DNA of 45,782 bases, from UHGV virus genome UHGV-0242872; one strand, written 5' to 3'. Of this stretch, positions 1 to 8,908 are shown piece by piece. Source of the stretch: a virus. How positions within the stretch are numbered: position 1 is the first letter of the stretch; every line of letters starts with the position of its first letter. The notes under the pieces are model-generated. The model had not been told where the DNA came from, did no database searches, and was given only the letters and a program-made list of their open reading frames with translations. Both the position numbers and the translations under genes were made by a program.

Positions 1-151
1 GAATGTGTACGGCAACTGAGGCTGAAAGTGTTCATGTTGCAGGATTACGTGAGGAATATTCTGGAATAGTTGCCTTGCATGTTGGAATAATTTATTCTTG
101 ACATGTAAATCCGGGAGGCCCGGATTCCAACGTCCAGGGGACATACTGACT

Positions 152-853
152 ATGAATCGTTTTTTACGTTATCCGTTCCAGGAAGAAGCTGGGGCAGAAG
201 ATAAAGCTGGTGGCGGTGACGCGCCGAAAATGTTCACCGCTGAAGAAGTTCAGGCGCTGATTGAGAAAGAAGTTGCCGGGCTTAAGGCTAATCAGGAAGC
301 ATTGCTGGCGGAGAAGAAAGAAGCCGCCCGTAAAGCAAAAGAGGCCGAAGAAGAACGGCAGCGCGCGCACCAGGAGGCGTTAAAAGCCGCTGGTAAGATG
401 GATGAGTTCGAAAAAACGATTCGTAGCCAGTATGACCCGGTGCTAGCCGAGAAAGATGGTCGCATCTCCAGAATGGCAGAGCGCATCATCGGCAGCGAAC
501 GTAGAGCGGTGTTAGGCTCTTTCGCAGGTGACTTTATCACCCCGGAAGCAGTGGACATTCTTGCTCCGTTCGTTAAGACTGAGTTTGAAGGCGATGACGT
601 GGTTACTAAGTTTGTTGGCGCAGACGGCAACGTAATCACGACTGACCCGGAACAGTTCCGCAAATACTTGCGAGAACACAAAGCGTTTTCACATTTGATT
701 AAAGCAAATGCAGCTTCCGGCGGCGGGGCTTCCGGTAGCAAAGGCGGCGGGGCCGCACCAGCGTTTAAAGACATGAGTGAAGCAGAGCGTTTAGCCCTGT
801 ATAAATCGAACCCTGCCGAATTTGAACGGCAACTTAAAGCCCTGAGGAAATAA
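152..853 (+). CDS. putative scaffolding protein
   Basis: ATG at 152 inside track ORF 98-853 (which opens on TTG); Ala/Glu/Lys-rich helical protein directly upstream of the major capsid gene. Confidence 0.45.
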   Translation: MNRFLRYPFQEEAGAEDKAGGGDAPKMFTAEEVQALIEKEVAGLKANQEALLAEKKEAARKAKEAEEERQRAHQEALKAAGKMDEFEKTIRSQYDPVLAEKDGRISRMAERIIGSERRAVLGSFAGDFITPEAVDILAPFVKTEFEGDDVVTKFVGADGNVITTDPEQFRKYLREHKAFSHLIKANAASGGGASGSKGGGAAPAFKDMSEAERLALYKSNPAEFERQLKALRK

Positions 854-855
854 TA

Positions 856-1905
856 ATGGCAATTACCACTATCGGCGATATCGTAACTGGCAACATCCCG
901 GTCCTGGCGTCTTATATGACCGAGGACCCGGTAGAAAAAACCGCGTTCTTCCAGTCTGGTATTCTCACCCCGACCCCATACGCCGCCGAGATTGCCCGCG
1001 GCCCGTCCAACGTCGCTAATATTCCTTTCTGGAAAGCGATTGATACCTCTATCGAGCCGAACTACTCGAACGACGTATACCAGGACATCGCCACCCCGCG
1101 TAACGTGCAGACCGGCGAGATGATGGCGCGCGTTGCGTACCTGAACGAAGGTTTCGGTCAGGCGGATTTGACCGTTGAACTGACCAGCCAGAACCCGCGG
1201 CAATCCGTAGCGTCACGTCTGGATAACTTCTGGCAGCGTCAGGCACAACGCCGTCTGATTGCTACCGCGCTCGGGCTGTACAATGACAACGTAGCCGCTA
1301 CCGACGCATACCACGAGCAGAAGGACATGGTAATCGACGTGTCTGCTACTCTGGGCTTCGATGCGGGTGCGTTCATCGACGCTACCCAGACTATGGGCGA
1401 TGCTCTGATGGGCAACGGCGGTGAAGTGCTGGGGGCTATCGCGATGCATAGCTTCGTTTATGCGCAGGCACGTAAGCAGCAGCTTATCGACTTCATCCGT
1501 GACGCGGACAACAACACCATGTTCGCCACCTACCAGGGCTACCGCGTGATTGTTGACGACAGCATGACCGTAGTCGGCACTGGCCCGACCCGTAAGTTCA
1601 TCTCCATCATCTTCGGCAACGGCGCTATCGGTTACGGTGAAGGTTCTCCGTCCAACCCGCTGGAATACGAGCGCGAAGCGTCCCGCGGCAACGGCGGCGG
1701 CGTTGAAACCCTGTGGACCCGTAAGACCTGGTTGCTACATCCGTTTGGTTACAGCTTCACCAGTGCAGTAATCACTGGCAACGGCACCGAGACTACCCCG
1801 CGCTCTGCTTCCTGGCAGGACCTGGCGAACGCCTCCAACTGGAACCGTGTGGTTGACCGCAAGCACGTACCGATTGCCTTCCTGGTAACTGGTGTTGGTG
1901 CTTAA
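856..1905 (+). CDS. major capsid protein
   Basis: 349 aa ORF, GAGG SD 9 nt upstream, position after scaffold and before a strong terminator; sequence character of an HK97-fold capsid protein. Confidence 0.75.
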   Translation: MAITTIGDIVTGNIPVLASYMTEDPVEKTAFFQSGILTPTPYAAEIARGPSNVANIPFWKAIDTSIEPNYSNDVYQDIATPRNVQTGEMMARVAYLNEGFGQADLTVELTSQNPRQSVASRLDNFWQRQAQRRLIATALGLYNDNVAATDAYHEQKDMVIDVSATLGFDAGAFIDATQTMGDALMGNGGEVLGAIAMHSFVYAQARKQQLIDFIRDADNNTMFATYQGYRVIVDDSMTVVGTGPTRKFISIIFGNGAIGYGEGSPSNPLEYEREASRGNGGGVETLWTRKTWLLHPFGYSFTSAVITGNGTETTPRSASWQDLANASNWNRVVDRKHVPIAFLVTGVGA

Positions 1906-1921
1906 TTTGTAGGTATAATCT

Positions 1922-1950
1922 AAGGGGACTTCGGTCCCCTTTTCTTTTAC
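1922..1950 (+). terminator. intrinsic terminator after capsid gene
   Basis: AAGGGGAC-TTCG-GTCCCCTT hairpin followed by TTCTTTT. Confidence 0.75.
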
Positions 1951-1963
1951 AAAGAGGTAAATT

Positions 1964-2263
1964 ATGGCTAAGACCGGAAAAGGCTTGCCGCGCAGCCTTC
2001 AGAACGTTGACTTTAGCGACCTGGATATCCCCGTCACGCCTGCTACTACCAGCGTAGTTGGTGGGGTTAAAAAGTCAGCTGCTGTAGCTCACCCCCCGGC
2101 CGTCACTGCTGCTGCCGGAGTTCAGGCCGTCGCAGTCCCGACTAAGGCAGAGTTTGATGCGCTTGTAGCGGAGTACAATAAACTCCTAACCGATGTTACC
2201 GCGCTGCGCACTACCGTAGCAAATCTGTTAACCGTGCTTAAAAACGCAGGAACTGTAAGCTAA
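1964..2263 (+). CDS. hypothetical virion protein (possible head decoration)
   Basis: 99 aa ORF with AGAGGT SD; Ala/Val/Thr-rich. Confidence 0.5.
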   Translation: MAKTGKGLPRSLQNVDFSDLDIPVTPATTSVVGGVKKSAAVAHPPAVTAAAGVQAVAVPTKAEFDALVAEYNKLLTDVTALRTTVANLLTVLKNAGTVS

Positions 2264-2275
2264 AGGAGCTTAAAA

Positions 2276-2620
2276 ATGGTTGATGTAATTAAACGTCGCA
2301 TTACCGGTGTGTCCGCCGATACCGTAGGCGCTAAAATCGATATGGCAAATATCGCCCCTGCGTCTTTCTCTACCCCACTAAATGCTACCACCACTGTTAG
2401 TGCGCCCTCCGCATTGACGCTTACCGTTGAGGCTACTGGCGGTCTGGCTCCGTACACTTACCAGTGGTATAAGAATAACAACGCTATCCCAGGCGCTACC
2501 GCAGCCACCTACACCAAAGCCACCACTGTCGCTTCTGCCGACTCCGGCACGTATAAAGTGGTTGTTCACGATGTGTATGGTAATATTATCTCCAGCAGCA
2601 CTGTAGCAACTGTGTCTTAA
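2276..2620 (+). CDS. Ig-like domain protein (possible capsid or tail decoration)
   Basis: AAGGAG SD; bacterial Ig-like signature APYTYQWYKNN...ADSGTYKVVVHD. Confidence 0.55.
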   Translation: MVDVIKRRITGVSADTVGAKIDMANIAPASFSTPLNATTTVSAPSALTLTVEATGGLAPYTYQWYKNNNAIPGATAATYTKATTVASADSGTYKVVVHDVYGNIISSSTVATVS

Positions 2621-2625
2621 TACAA

Positions 2626-2641
2626 CGGCCCTTCGGGGCCG
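2626..2641 (+). terminator. GC hairpin, possible attenuator
   Basis: CGGCCC-TTCG-GGGCCG stem-loop without a U-tract. Confidence 0.3.
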
Positions 2642-2656
2642 TAATAAGGAAAGGTC

Positions 2657-2836
2657 ATGGCAGATAATTATGTAATCCGCGAAAAGTACACCCACGTTGA
2701 TGTTGTTGACGGTCAGGTGATGCCTGTTCGCGGTGTTGTAGACGCGGATGAACTGGTCACTACACAACCGGACAACGAAGAAGCGCACAACAACGGCGGT
2801 GGTGCCAAGCGTCGTCGCCGTAAATCAGAGGAATAA
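2657..2836 (+). CDS. small hypothetical protein (59 aa, basic C-terminus)
   Basis: ATG 2657 with AAGGAAAGG SD, stop TAA 2834-2836; below the ORF-track size cutoff. Confidence 0.4.
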   Translation: MADNYVIREKYTHVDVVDGQVMPVRGVVDADELVTTQPDNEEAHNNGGGAKRRRRKSEE

Positions 2837-2839
2837 TTC

Positions 2840-3352
2840 ATGCCGCTAATCGTGGAAACGGGAGAAATCGTCCCTAATGCTGACAGTTACATTAGCCTGG
2901 CCGACGCCCGCGCGTTAGCGGCTAATTATGGCCTTGAGCTACCGGAAGACGATACCGCTGCGGAAGTAGCTTTGCGCAACGGTGCTACTTATGTCGGGCT
3001 TGCAGAACCGCAGATGTGCGGTCGCCGGGTGTCCGCCGAACAGTCTCTTGCATATCCTCGCACTGGCGTAACGTTAAACGGATTCCCGGTAGCGGATAAT
3101 GTTATTCCTAAACAGGTAATTCTTGCGCAGGTAATCGCGTCCGCCACGTACGGGGCGGGCACAGAAGTGCGGGCTAACTCAGACGGGCGTTCCGTGCAGA
3201 CTGAGCGTGTCGAGGGCGCGGTGACAGTGACGTACTTCAACAACGGCAGCAGTGGAGCCACAACCGCGATTACCGCCGCTGACGACGCTTTACGTCCGTT
3301 ACTGTGTGGCGGTCTTAACAATGGCTTCTCATTTAACGTGTACCGGGGTTAA
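2840..3352 (+). CDS. putative head-tail connector/adaptor protein
   Basis: 170 aa ORF in the head-completion position; weak recollection of gp6-like connector proteins. Confidence 0.4.
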   Translation: MPLIVETGEIVPNADSYISLADARALAANYGLELPEDDTAAEVALRNGATYVGLAEPQMCGRRVSAEQSLAYPRTGVTLNGFPVADNVIPKQVILAQVIASATYGAGTEVRANSDGRSVQTERVEGAVTVTYFNNGSSGATTAITAADDALRPLLCGGLNNGFSFNVYRG

Positions 3353-3354
3353 AA

Positions 3355-3969
3355 ATGGCGAAGACTAAGTCAGAGATGTTTACTCTTATCGGCGCAAACC
3401 TCCCCGATAACACTACCGGGCTTATTACCCCAGCAGCGTTGCGCGAGGTAATGACACAGATGGCTGACTCACCTATTTACGCCACTCCAGGAGTTAAAGA
3501 GGTTGAAGTTCTCCGTGCCGCGTCTACGGTAACCCAAGCGCCTACCGCGGTAGATACGGCATTGCAGTTAACTTTCGGTGCAGCTCAGGGTAGTGCATCC
3601 GACCCGGTAATGATTAATGCTGCGGGGCTGGTTACATTCAACACCGCCGGTAACTACGCCGTTCGCATCAAGTTACAGGCAGGCCGCACAGGTGCCAGCG
3701 GAACGTCTATCCTGTTATCACGCATCCTTCTGAACGGTGCTCAGTACGGCTCACCTGCCGCCACGAAACTGGTAAGCGCGGACACCACAATCCCGATTGA
3801 ATCTCGCGTTGTTATTAACCCAACAGCAGGCCAGACGTTTGCCGTTCAGATTATGCGGGATAGCGTCGGAACTAACTTCGGTGGTGTATACCCGCAAGCG
3901 GCTACCGTAACCGCATGGGGTACAGCCCCGTCCGCGTTGCTGGTTATTTCGAGACTGGAGGCCGCCTGA
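3355..3969 (+). CDS. hypothetical structural protein
   Basis: 204 aa ORF, tightly packed in the structural operon. Confidence 0.5.
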   Translation: MAKTKSEMFTLIGANLPDNTTGLITPAALREVMTQMADSPIYATPGVKEVEVLRAASTVTQAPTAVDTALQLTFGAAQGSASDPVMINAAGLVTFNTAGNYAVRIKLQAGRTGASGTSILLSRILLNGAQYGSPAATKLVSADTTIPIESRVVINPTAGQTFAVQIMRDSVGTNFGGVYPQAATVTAWGTAPSALLVISRLEAA

Positions 3970-4328
3970 TGAGCACCGCTTTCAGTAAACGTATGCAAGG
4001 CGTGGGTACACGCCTGCTAACCAAATTCGGCAGCACGGTATCTCTGGTTCGTGCTGGCTCGAAAGTGTGGGATGAAGTTCTCGGTGAGTACGTCTGGTCT
4101 GCGGATGAAGTGTTGCCGTTGAAAGCGGTTCCGGTTCCGGTTAATGCTGGACTGGTAAACGGTTCGACGATTCAGGCGGCCGACATGATTGTTAAAGCCG
4201 ATTACAGCGTCGTTCCGAAGATGGAAGACAAGGTTCAGTTTAGCGGCGCGCAATGGTCTATCGTAGCTATCGAGACGAAGATGGTTAACGATGATGTCGT
4301 GGCATATTTTATTCAGGTGAGAAAATGA
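3969..4328 (+). CDS. hypothetical head-tail joining protein
   Basis: ATG 3969 overlaps upstream stop (TGATG), GGAGG SD; track ORF opens at 3915. Confidence 0.45.
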   Translation: MSTAFSKRMQGVGTRLLTKFGSTVSLVRAGSKVWDEVLGEYVWSADEVLPLKAVPVPVNAGLVNGSTIQAADMIVKADYSVVPKMEDKVQFSGAQWSIVAIETKMVNDDVVAYFIQVRK

Positions 4329-4720
4329 GTTTCGCGCTTGATGTCTCTAAGTTCGTGGAAAAGGCGAAGAAGAACCCTGAGAAGGTGATGCGTCAGGTGT
4401 CTATCAAGCTGTTTTCCGCTATTATAAAGGCGAGTCCGGTAGATACTGGTCGGTTTCGCATGAACTGGATGGCATCTGGTGGTACTCCTGCTTCCGGGAT
4501 TACGGATGCTACGGATAAATCAGGAAACACAGCAACCGGAAACGCTACAAGTTTCGTGCTGAAAGCCACCGACTGGCATGAGTTCACGCTGACAAATAAC
4601 CTGCCGTATGCACAACGGCTGGAGTATGGCTGGTCGCAACAGGCCCCGCAAGGATTCGTCAGGACTAACGTGTCCCGCTTCCAGCAACTCATTAACGAAG
4701 AAGCTAGCAAGGTGAGATGA
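4325..4720 (+). CDS. HK97 gp10-like tail component
   Basis: motifs DTGRFRMNW and NNLPYAQRLEYGWS; ATGA overlap with upstream gene. Confidence 0.5.
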   Translation: MSFALDVSKFVEKAKKNPEKVMRQVSIKLFSAIIKASPVDTGRFRMNWMASGGTPASGITDATDKSGNTATGNATSFVLKATDWHEFTLTNNLPYAQRLEYGWSQQAPQGFVRTNVSRFQQLINEEASKVR

Positions 4721-5133
4721 TGGGCTACTTTGAGGACTTAACAAAAGCGTTTGATGTGCCGCTGGTAGCCTTCGGAACCACCAACGGCATCAAGGTAGCG
4801 CTTGAAAACATCGACGCGCCGACGTCAACAGATACGCCGTATCTGGCAAGTTACATGTTGCTGGCGGATACCGAGCAGGCTGACTTATTCTTCACGGAAC
4901 AACGCGCCGGTGTCTATCAGATAGACATTAACTACGCATCGGTGAAAGGTAGCGCGCCAATCAATAAAATGGCAGACTTACTTAACACGGCGTTTAAATC
5001 AGGTAAGTCATTTTCACGTAACGACATCTGCGCCGAGGTTCAATCGGTTAGCCTGGGGCCGCTGATTGTAGAAAACGGATGGGCCAAACGACCATTGTCA
5101 ATTAACTTTATTGCATTCACCAAGAGGCTGTGA
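4717..5133 (+). CDS. hypothetical tail completion protein
   Basis: 138 aa ORF overlapping upstream stop. Confidence 0.45.
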   Translation: MMGYFEDLTKAFDVPLVAFGTTNGIKVALENIDAPTSTDTPYLASYMLLADTEQADLFFTEQRAGVYQIDINYASVKGSAPINKMADLLNTAFKSGKSFSRNDICAEVQSVSLGPLIVENGWAKRPLSINFIAFTKRL

Positions 5134-5135
5134 AT

Positions 5136-6302
5136 ATGGCTACAACTCCTTTTAAGGGCGCGAATACCGCGCAATTCTATGTGGCGGAAACTACCCCTGG
5201 CGTAACACCGACTAACCCGGTATGGTCGCCGTTGCGTAACACGGGCGGCGTTCCTGCCATTACCCGTGACACGCTGACCTCCAACGAACTGGACGGCAGC
5301 CGCGAAACTACATCCATCCGCACCGGTAACAAGCAGGTTAGCGGAGAATACGCTATTGAGCTTAGCTCTAAAAGTCAGGACGACTGGTTAGCCGGGGCTT
5401 TAGGCTCTACGTGGCAATCCGGCGTTTCCCTGTCAGGGCTATCGATTACCGTCGCACCGGCTGGCAAGACGTTCACACGTGCCACCGGCAGCTTTATCAC
5501 TGACGGAGTTGGGGTAGGCGACCTGATTGCGTTTACCGATTTAACTGGCGATAATGCAAAACCATTTATTGTTACTGCAGTAACGGCTACGGTTGTTACT
5601 GGTGCAGGCATCCAACACACCCTGACCACCGAGACAAAAACTAGTAAGGCTAAAACTGGCGACACGCTGGAAACCGGTAATACGTGTAAGACGTTCTCTA
5701 TCCTTACCTGGTACAAAGGCCAGTGCGGCGGTACTGACGCGTACACGTTAACCAAAGGCGTGGAAGTTTCTGGTTTTACCATCGAACAGGCTGTTAACGC
5801 GATGGTAACTGGCAGCTTCCCATTCATCGGTCGCAGTCAGGAGATTCTCACTACGCCGCCGACCGGTTCCAACTTCTCATCTGTTACTTTTGGTGATGAG
5901 CCGTTCTCTTCGGTTGACGTTTCCGTGTTCGACGGCTCTACGCCGTTGCGTTGCGACAGTCTGACTATCACCAACGATAACAGCGCGTCCGCGCAGTTCG
6001 AACTTGGTAACACTAACGTAGCGTTTGTTGAGCGTAGCCGCGCGGCTAACACTTTCTCCATCTCCGGCAAGCTGTACGACATGGCGATGATTCAGAAGTT
6101 TATCAACGAACAGCAGGTAGAGATTAACTCTATTCTGGCGGGGGTAAACGGGGCTATGTCTTTCAGTTTGAAACGCGCAGAGCTTACAGCAGTAACACCA
6201 GAGATTGGCGGACCCGAGTCAATCACTCAGTCCATTGAAGGCCAGGCTACTGGCAACCAGTACCAGTCGTCTATTGTTATCCAGCGTATCACCTACGCAT
6301 AA
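5136..6302 (+). CDS. putative major tail (tube) protein
   Basis: ATG 5136 with AGAGG SD (track ORF opens on GTG 5130); large Thr/Gly-rich protein followed by a strong terminator. Confidence 0.5.
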   Translation: MATTPFKGANTAQFYVAETTPGVTPTNPVWSPLRNTGGVPAITRDTLTSNELDGSRETTSIRTGNKQVSGEYAIELSSKSQDDWLAGALGSTWQSGVSLSGLSITVAPAGKTFTRATGSFITDGVGVGDLIAFTDLTGDNAKPFIVTAVTATVVTGAGIQHTLTTETKTSKAKTGDTLETGNTCKTFSILTWYKGQCGGTDAYTLTKGVEVSGFTIEQAVNAMVTGSFPFIGRSQEILTTPPTGSNFSSVTFGDEPFSSVDVSVFDGSTPLRCDSLTITNDNSASAQFELGNTNVAFVERSRAANTFSISGKLYDMAMIQKFINEQQVEINSILAGVNGAMSFSLKRAELTAVTPEIGGPESITQSIEGQATGNQYQSSIVIQRITYA

Positions 6303-6306
6303 AACT

Positions 6307-6333
6307 AAGGCCCCTTTCGGGGCCTTTTTCTTA
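6307..6333. terminator. bidirectional intrinsic terminator
   Basis: AAGGCCCC-TTTC-GGGGCCTT hairpin with U-tract; lies between convergent genes ending at 6302 (+) and 6331 (-). Confidence 0.8.
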
Positions 6334-6885
6334 CAAACCTAATTTTAAAGCAATGTCTATAACGTTCGATTTAACGTCACCCGGTATGATGTAGGTGTCG
6401 TAATCTTTTACACCACTAACATCGTACAGATAGCCACGGCTATCGCCGATGAACGTATAGCCGTCACGATGGAGGCGGACGATTCGCACGTCATGCCCCG
6501 CGGCGACGATAGGGGCAACTTCACTGGCGAATCCACCGTCGGACACTACAAAAACTTCGTCGCCGTCAGGCAAGTTTTCAGCAAGATACTTACCGAAATA
6601 ATCATCGCCGAATACCGGTTTAATGAATTGCTCAGAAACGGCAATCATTAACTGGCGGCGGGACAACCCATTAAGAAAACCCTCGGGTTTTTCTTTCCGC
6701 GCCCGGTCGTCGTAGCCGTCGAGAAATTCGTGGTAAGCATCCTGGCCTAACGCTGCCAAAGCAATATTGAACATTGGATTCTTGAAACTGGTAGTTCCTT
6801 TCGCAAAGCCCATTTCTACCAGCGCCATAGCAAGCGTGTCTTTCCCGCAACCCGCAGGGCCATTAAGAATAATTACCTTAGCCAT
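6331..6885 (-). CDS. P-loop kinase (polynucleotide 5'-kinase or dNMP kinase-like)
   Basis: Walker A GPAGCGKDT near N-terminus; 184 aa; last gene of minus-strand moron cassette. Confidence 0.6.
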   Translation of the reverse strand: MAKVIILNGPAGCGKDTLAMALVEMGFAKGTTSFKNPMFNIALAALGQDAYHEFLDGYDDRARKEKPEGFLNGLSRRQLMIAVSEQFIKPVFGDDYFGKYLAENLPDGDEVFVVSDGGFASEVAPIVAAGHDVRIVRLHRDGYTFIGDSRGYLYDVSGVKDYDTYIIPGDVKSNVIDIALKLGL

Positions 6886-7373
6886 TATTTATCGCTCCCG
6901 TGTGGTTTTAAGTGTGTAGAGTTCCCGTTACAGTCGTATTCGGTAACTGCGTGTGCGGTTATGCCGAGGTCACGGAAATGCTTTATTACCGCGGGAGAGT
7001 CGTCGAATGCGCACAAGATTCTTTCCAGTCCGAAAGCACGCAACACCTCTTCTTTAATTACGATGTCTTTTCTGTTGTCGTGTTTGCTGCGCATGATTAG
7101 CGTGTCAAACCTAACGTTATTCTCTCGTAACCATTCGCGAGTCTCCTCCTCAGCGTCATCACTTCGCCCGGTAAGGATAATTATAGTAAGTCCGGAATGC
7201 CACAGTACGCTACACAAATGGATATTGTCGTATATCGGAGCGTCATCTTTGCAGGCCATGTTAAATGGCTTCCACGCCCACGTTTCTCCGTAGTTATCTT
7301 TTGGTAACAGGTGTAAGCGATGGGTACCGTCGGCCAATGTCCCGTCTAAATCGAAAATTACAATATCTTTCAT
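6885..7373 (-). CDS. HAD-superfamily phosphatase (Pnk 3'-phosphatase-like)
   Basis: HAD motifs FDLDGTL, ILTGR, RKDIVIKEE, AFDDS. Confidence 0.65.
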   Translation of the reverse strand: MKDIVIFDLDGTLADGTHRLHLLPKDNYGETWAWKPFNMACKDDAPIYDNIHLCSVLWHSGLTIIILTGRSDDAEEETREWLRENNVRFDTLIMRSKHDNRKDIVIKEEVLRAFGLERILCAFDDSPAVIKHFRDLGITAHAVTEYDCNGNSTHLKPHGSDK

Positions 7374-8500
7374 CCCAGCATCTCCGGTGAAATAGTTAAA
7401 CGTGCGACCTCGCCATATTCGGCGCTATAAGTAATTACATTTGCACTGCGGCCCGACATCCATCCGCCGCGAGAGGCGTAGGCGTCTTTAGCCGCTAAGG
7501 TGCGGTGTTGCTCAACAATCATGTTACGGCTTTCTACAATCTTCTGGTGGTGCAGATGGCCTACGTGGGCGTAGCTGTAAACACTCTCGCCGAACGCTTT
7601 ACGGAACTTGGCAATCATAACCGGTTCGATAGCGTCGAATCGTGCTTTATGCCCGTGATGGAAGAACAGCGTCGTTTTGCCGTGTTGCACCATCTTATAA
7701 ACATCCGGCGACGTATCGACGAATACACGAGGCTCGTTGTCGTACAGTGTGCTGAACATCTCCGCCAGCCAAATCATCCCGGATTCGTCGTGGTTCCCCT
7801 GAACTATAAGCAAGCGAACAGTTTTATGCTTAACCAGAGCCATATCAACAACACGGCGGACCATGCGAATCATGTAGCGGACAAGTTTCTGGTAACGCGT
7901 GTCGGCGTCAAGGACATGACCACTCGCCGGTGTAACGGCGTCAAGACTATCGAAGTGAGCTAAGTCGCCAAGAAGATTAATAACCCCCGTACCTGCATCC
8001 GGTGCTTTCTGAAACGCAGCATCAAACCAACGAGAGAATAAGTCCTCCGCGATTTTCATATCCCAGTCGTCGCCGCTCTCGTCAGCCCAGGCTAACATAC
8101 CGAGATGGAAATCAGACACGGTGTACAGGTTAAGCAGCTTGTCGTCACGTTTAGCCCGGGCGGCCTTAACTGGCGGAACGGGAGTAATCTCCGACTTCAT
8201 GCCTTCGACTACGGCTTTCATCAACTCAACCTGACGTTCGGCATCGGTGTCTGTCTTAACCCACTGCAACTTAGTGTTACCGAACTCGTCCACCAGAGAC
8301 GACGTGCCTTTAATCTTGTAGCCGTCTGGTACAAGGTGGCTTACGTCCCGCCCGTGGCCTACGCCTTTCTTAGCCAGCTTCGCTTTACGGATTCGGATAA
8401 CGCGGTCTGAGATTCCGTATTTACGGGCGATATCGATATTCTTCATCCCGGCGTTCAATTCTTCCTGTAATTGCTCGTCGGTTATTTTCTTCTGGGCCAT
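7370..8500 (-). CDS. HTH-domain calcineurin-like metallophosphoesterase
   Basis: ATG 8500 with GAGGAAGT SD (track ORF extends to 8605); N-terminal HTH; motifs DFHLG, GDLAHFD, GNHDE, HHGH. Confidence 0.65.
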   Translation of the reverse strand: MAQKKITDEQLQEELNAGMKNIDIARKYGISDRVIRIRKAKLAKKGVGHGRDVSHLVPDGYKIKGTSSLVDEFGNTKLQWVKTDTDAERQVELMKAVVEGMKSEITPVPPVKAARAKRDDKLLNLYTVSDFHLGMLAWADESGDDWDMKIAEDLFSRWFDAAFQKAPDAGTGVINLLGDLAHFDSLDAVTPASGHVLDADTRYQKLVRYMIRMVRRVVDMALVKHKTVRLLIVQGNHDESGMIWLAEMFSTLYDNEPRVFVDTSPDVYKMVQHGKTTLFFHHGHKARFDAIEPVMIAKFRKAFGESVYSYAHVGHLHHQKIVESRNMIVEQHRTLAAKDAYASRGGWMSGRSANVITYSAEYGEVARLTISPEMLG

Positions 8501-8538
8501 GCTTACTTCCTCGTGTTTAGGATTTGTCTTATAGTAGC

Positions 8539-8730
8539 CTACTTCTCTTTCACGTTCGAGTTGCAAGCCCAGATTAAAATGAATACCCACGGCAACAGAA
8601 TCCACCCGAGAAATAAGTTAGCCATGAATATCGCCAGCTTTGCTTTATGGTTACGCATATGTGCCACCAAAAACGGGATAAAATAAACGGCTACAAAAAT
8701 AATTAAGAAGAACATAGTGATACCGGTCAT
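8539..8730 (-). CDS. small two-TM membrane protein, Imm-like (possible superinfection exclusion)
   Basis: ATG 8730 with AGGAG SD; two hydrophobic helices; C-terminal NLFLGWILLPWVFILIWA. Confidence 0.5.
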   Translation of the reverse strand: MTGITMFFLIIFVAVYFIPFLVAHMRNHKAKLAIFMANLFLGWILLPWVFILIWACNSNVKEK

Positions 8731-8772
8731 AACATAACTCCTGATTTGAGATAACATCGTTGGTGTAAGTGA

Positions 8773-8801
8773 ATAGTACGCTATTATATTGGGGTGTGCA
8801 A
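8773..8801 (-). promoter_or_regulatory. sigma70-like promoter TTGCAC-N17-TACTAT for moron cassette
   Basis: -35 at 8801-8796, -10 at 8778-8773 on minus strand; AATAG-N4-CTATT palindrome 8772-8785 overlaps the -10. Confidence 0.55.
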
Positions 8802-8908
8802 GTAGTGTGCTAGAATAATTTTGCGCCTAGTGTCGCACACGAAAAGCGGGTGGTTCCCGTCTGGCGCATTTCCTTTAACCAGTAACCTCTTAACCAAAGG
8901 ATTAAAGA

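Noticed and set aside
97-126. TTGACA hexamer at the window start as a promoter for the scaffold gene
   Set aside because: No acceptable -10 at 16-18 nt spacing; the downstream sequence forms a short hairpin instead. Left unannotated.
292-1203. 303-aa minus-strand ORF
   Set aside because: Antisense to the scaffold and capsid genes, low-complexity composition, no SD or promoter; GC-driven open frame.
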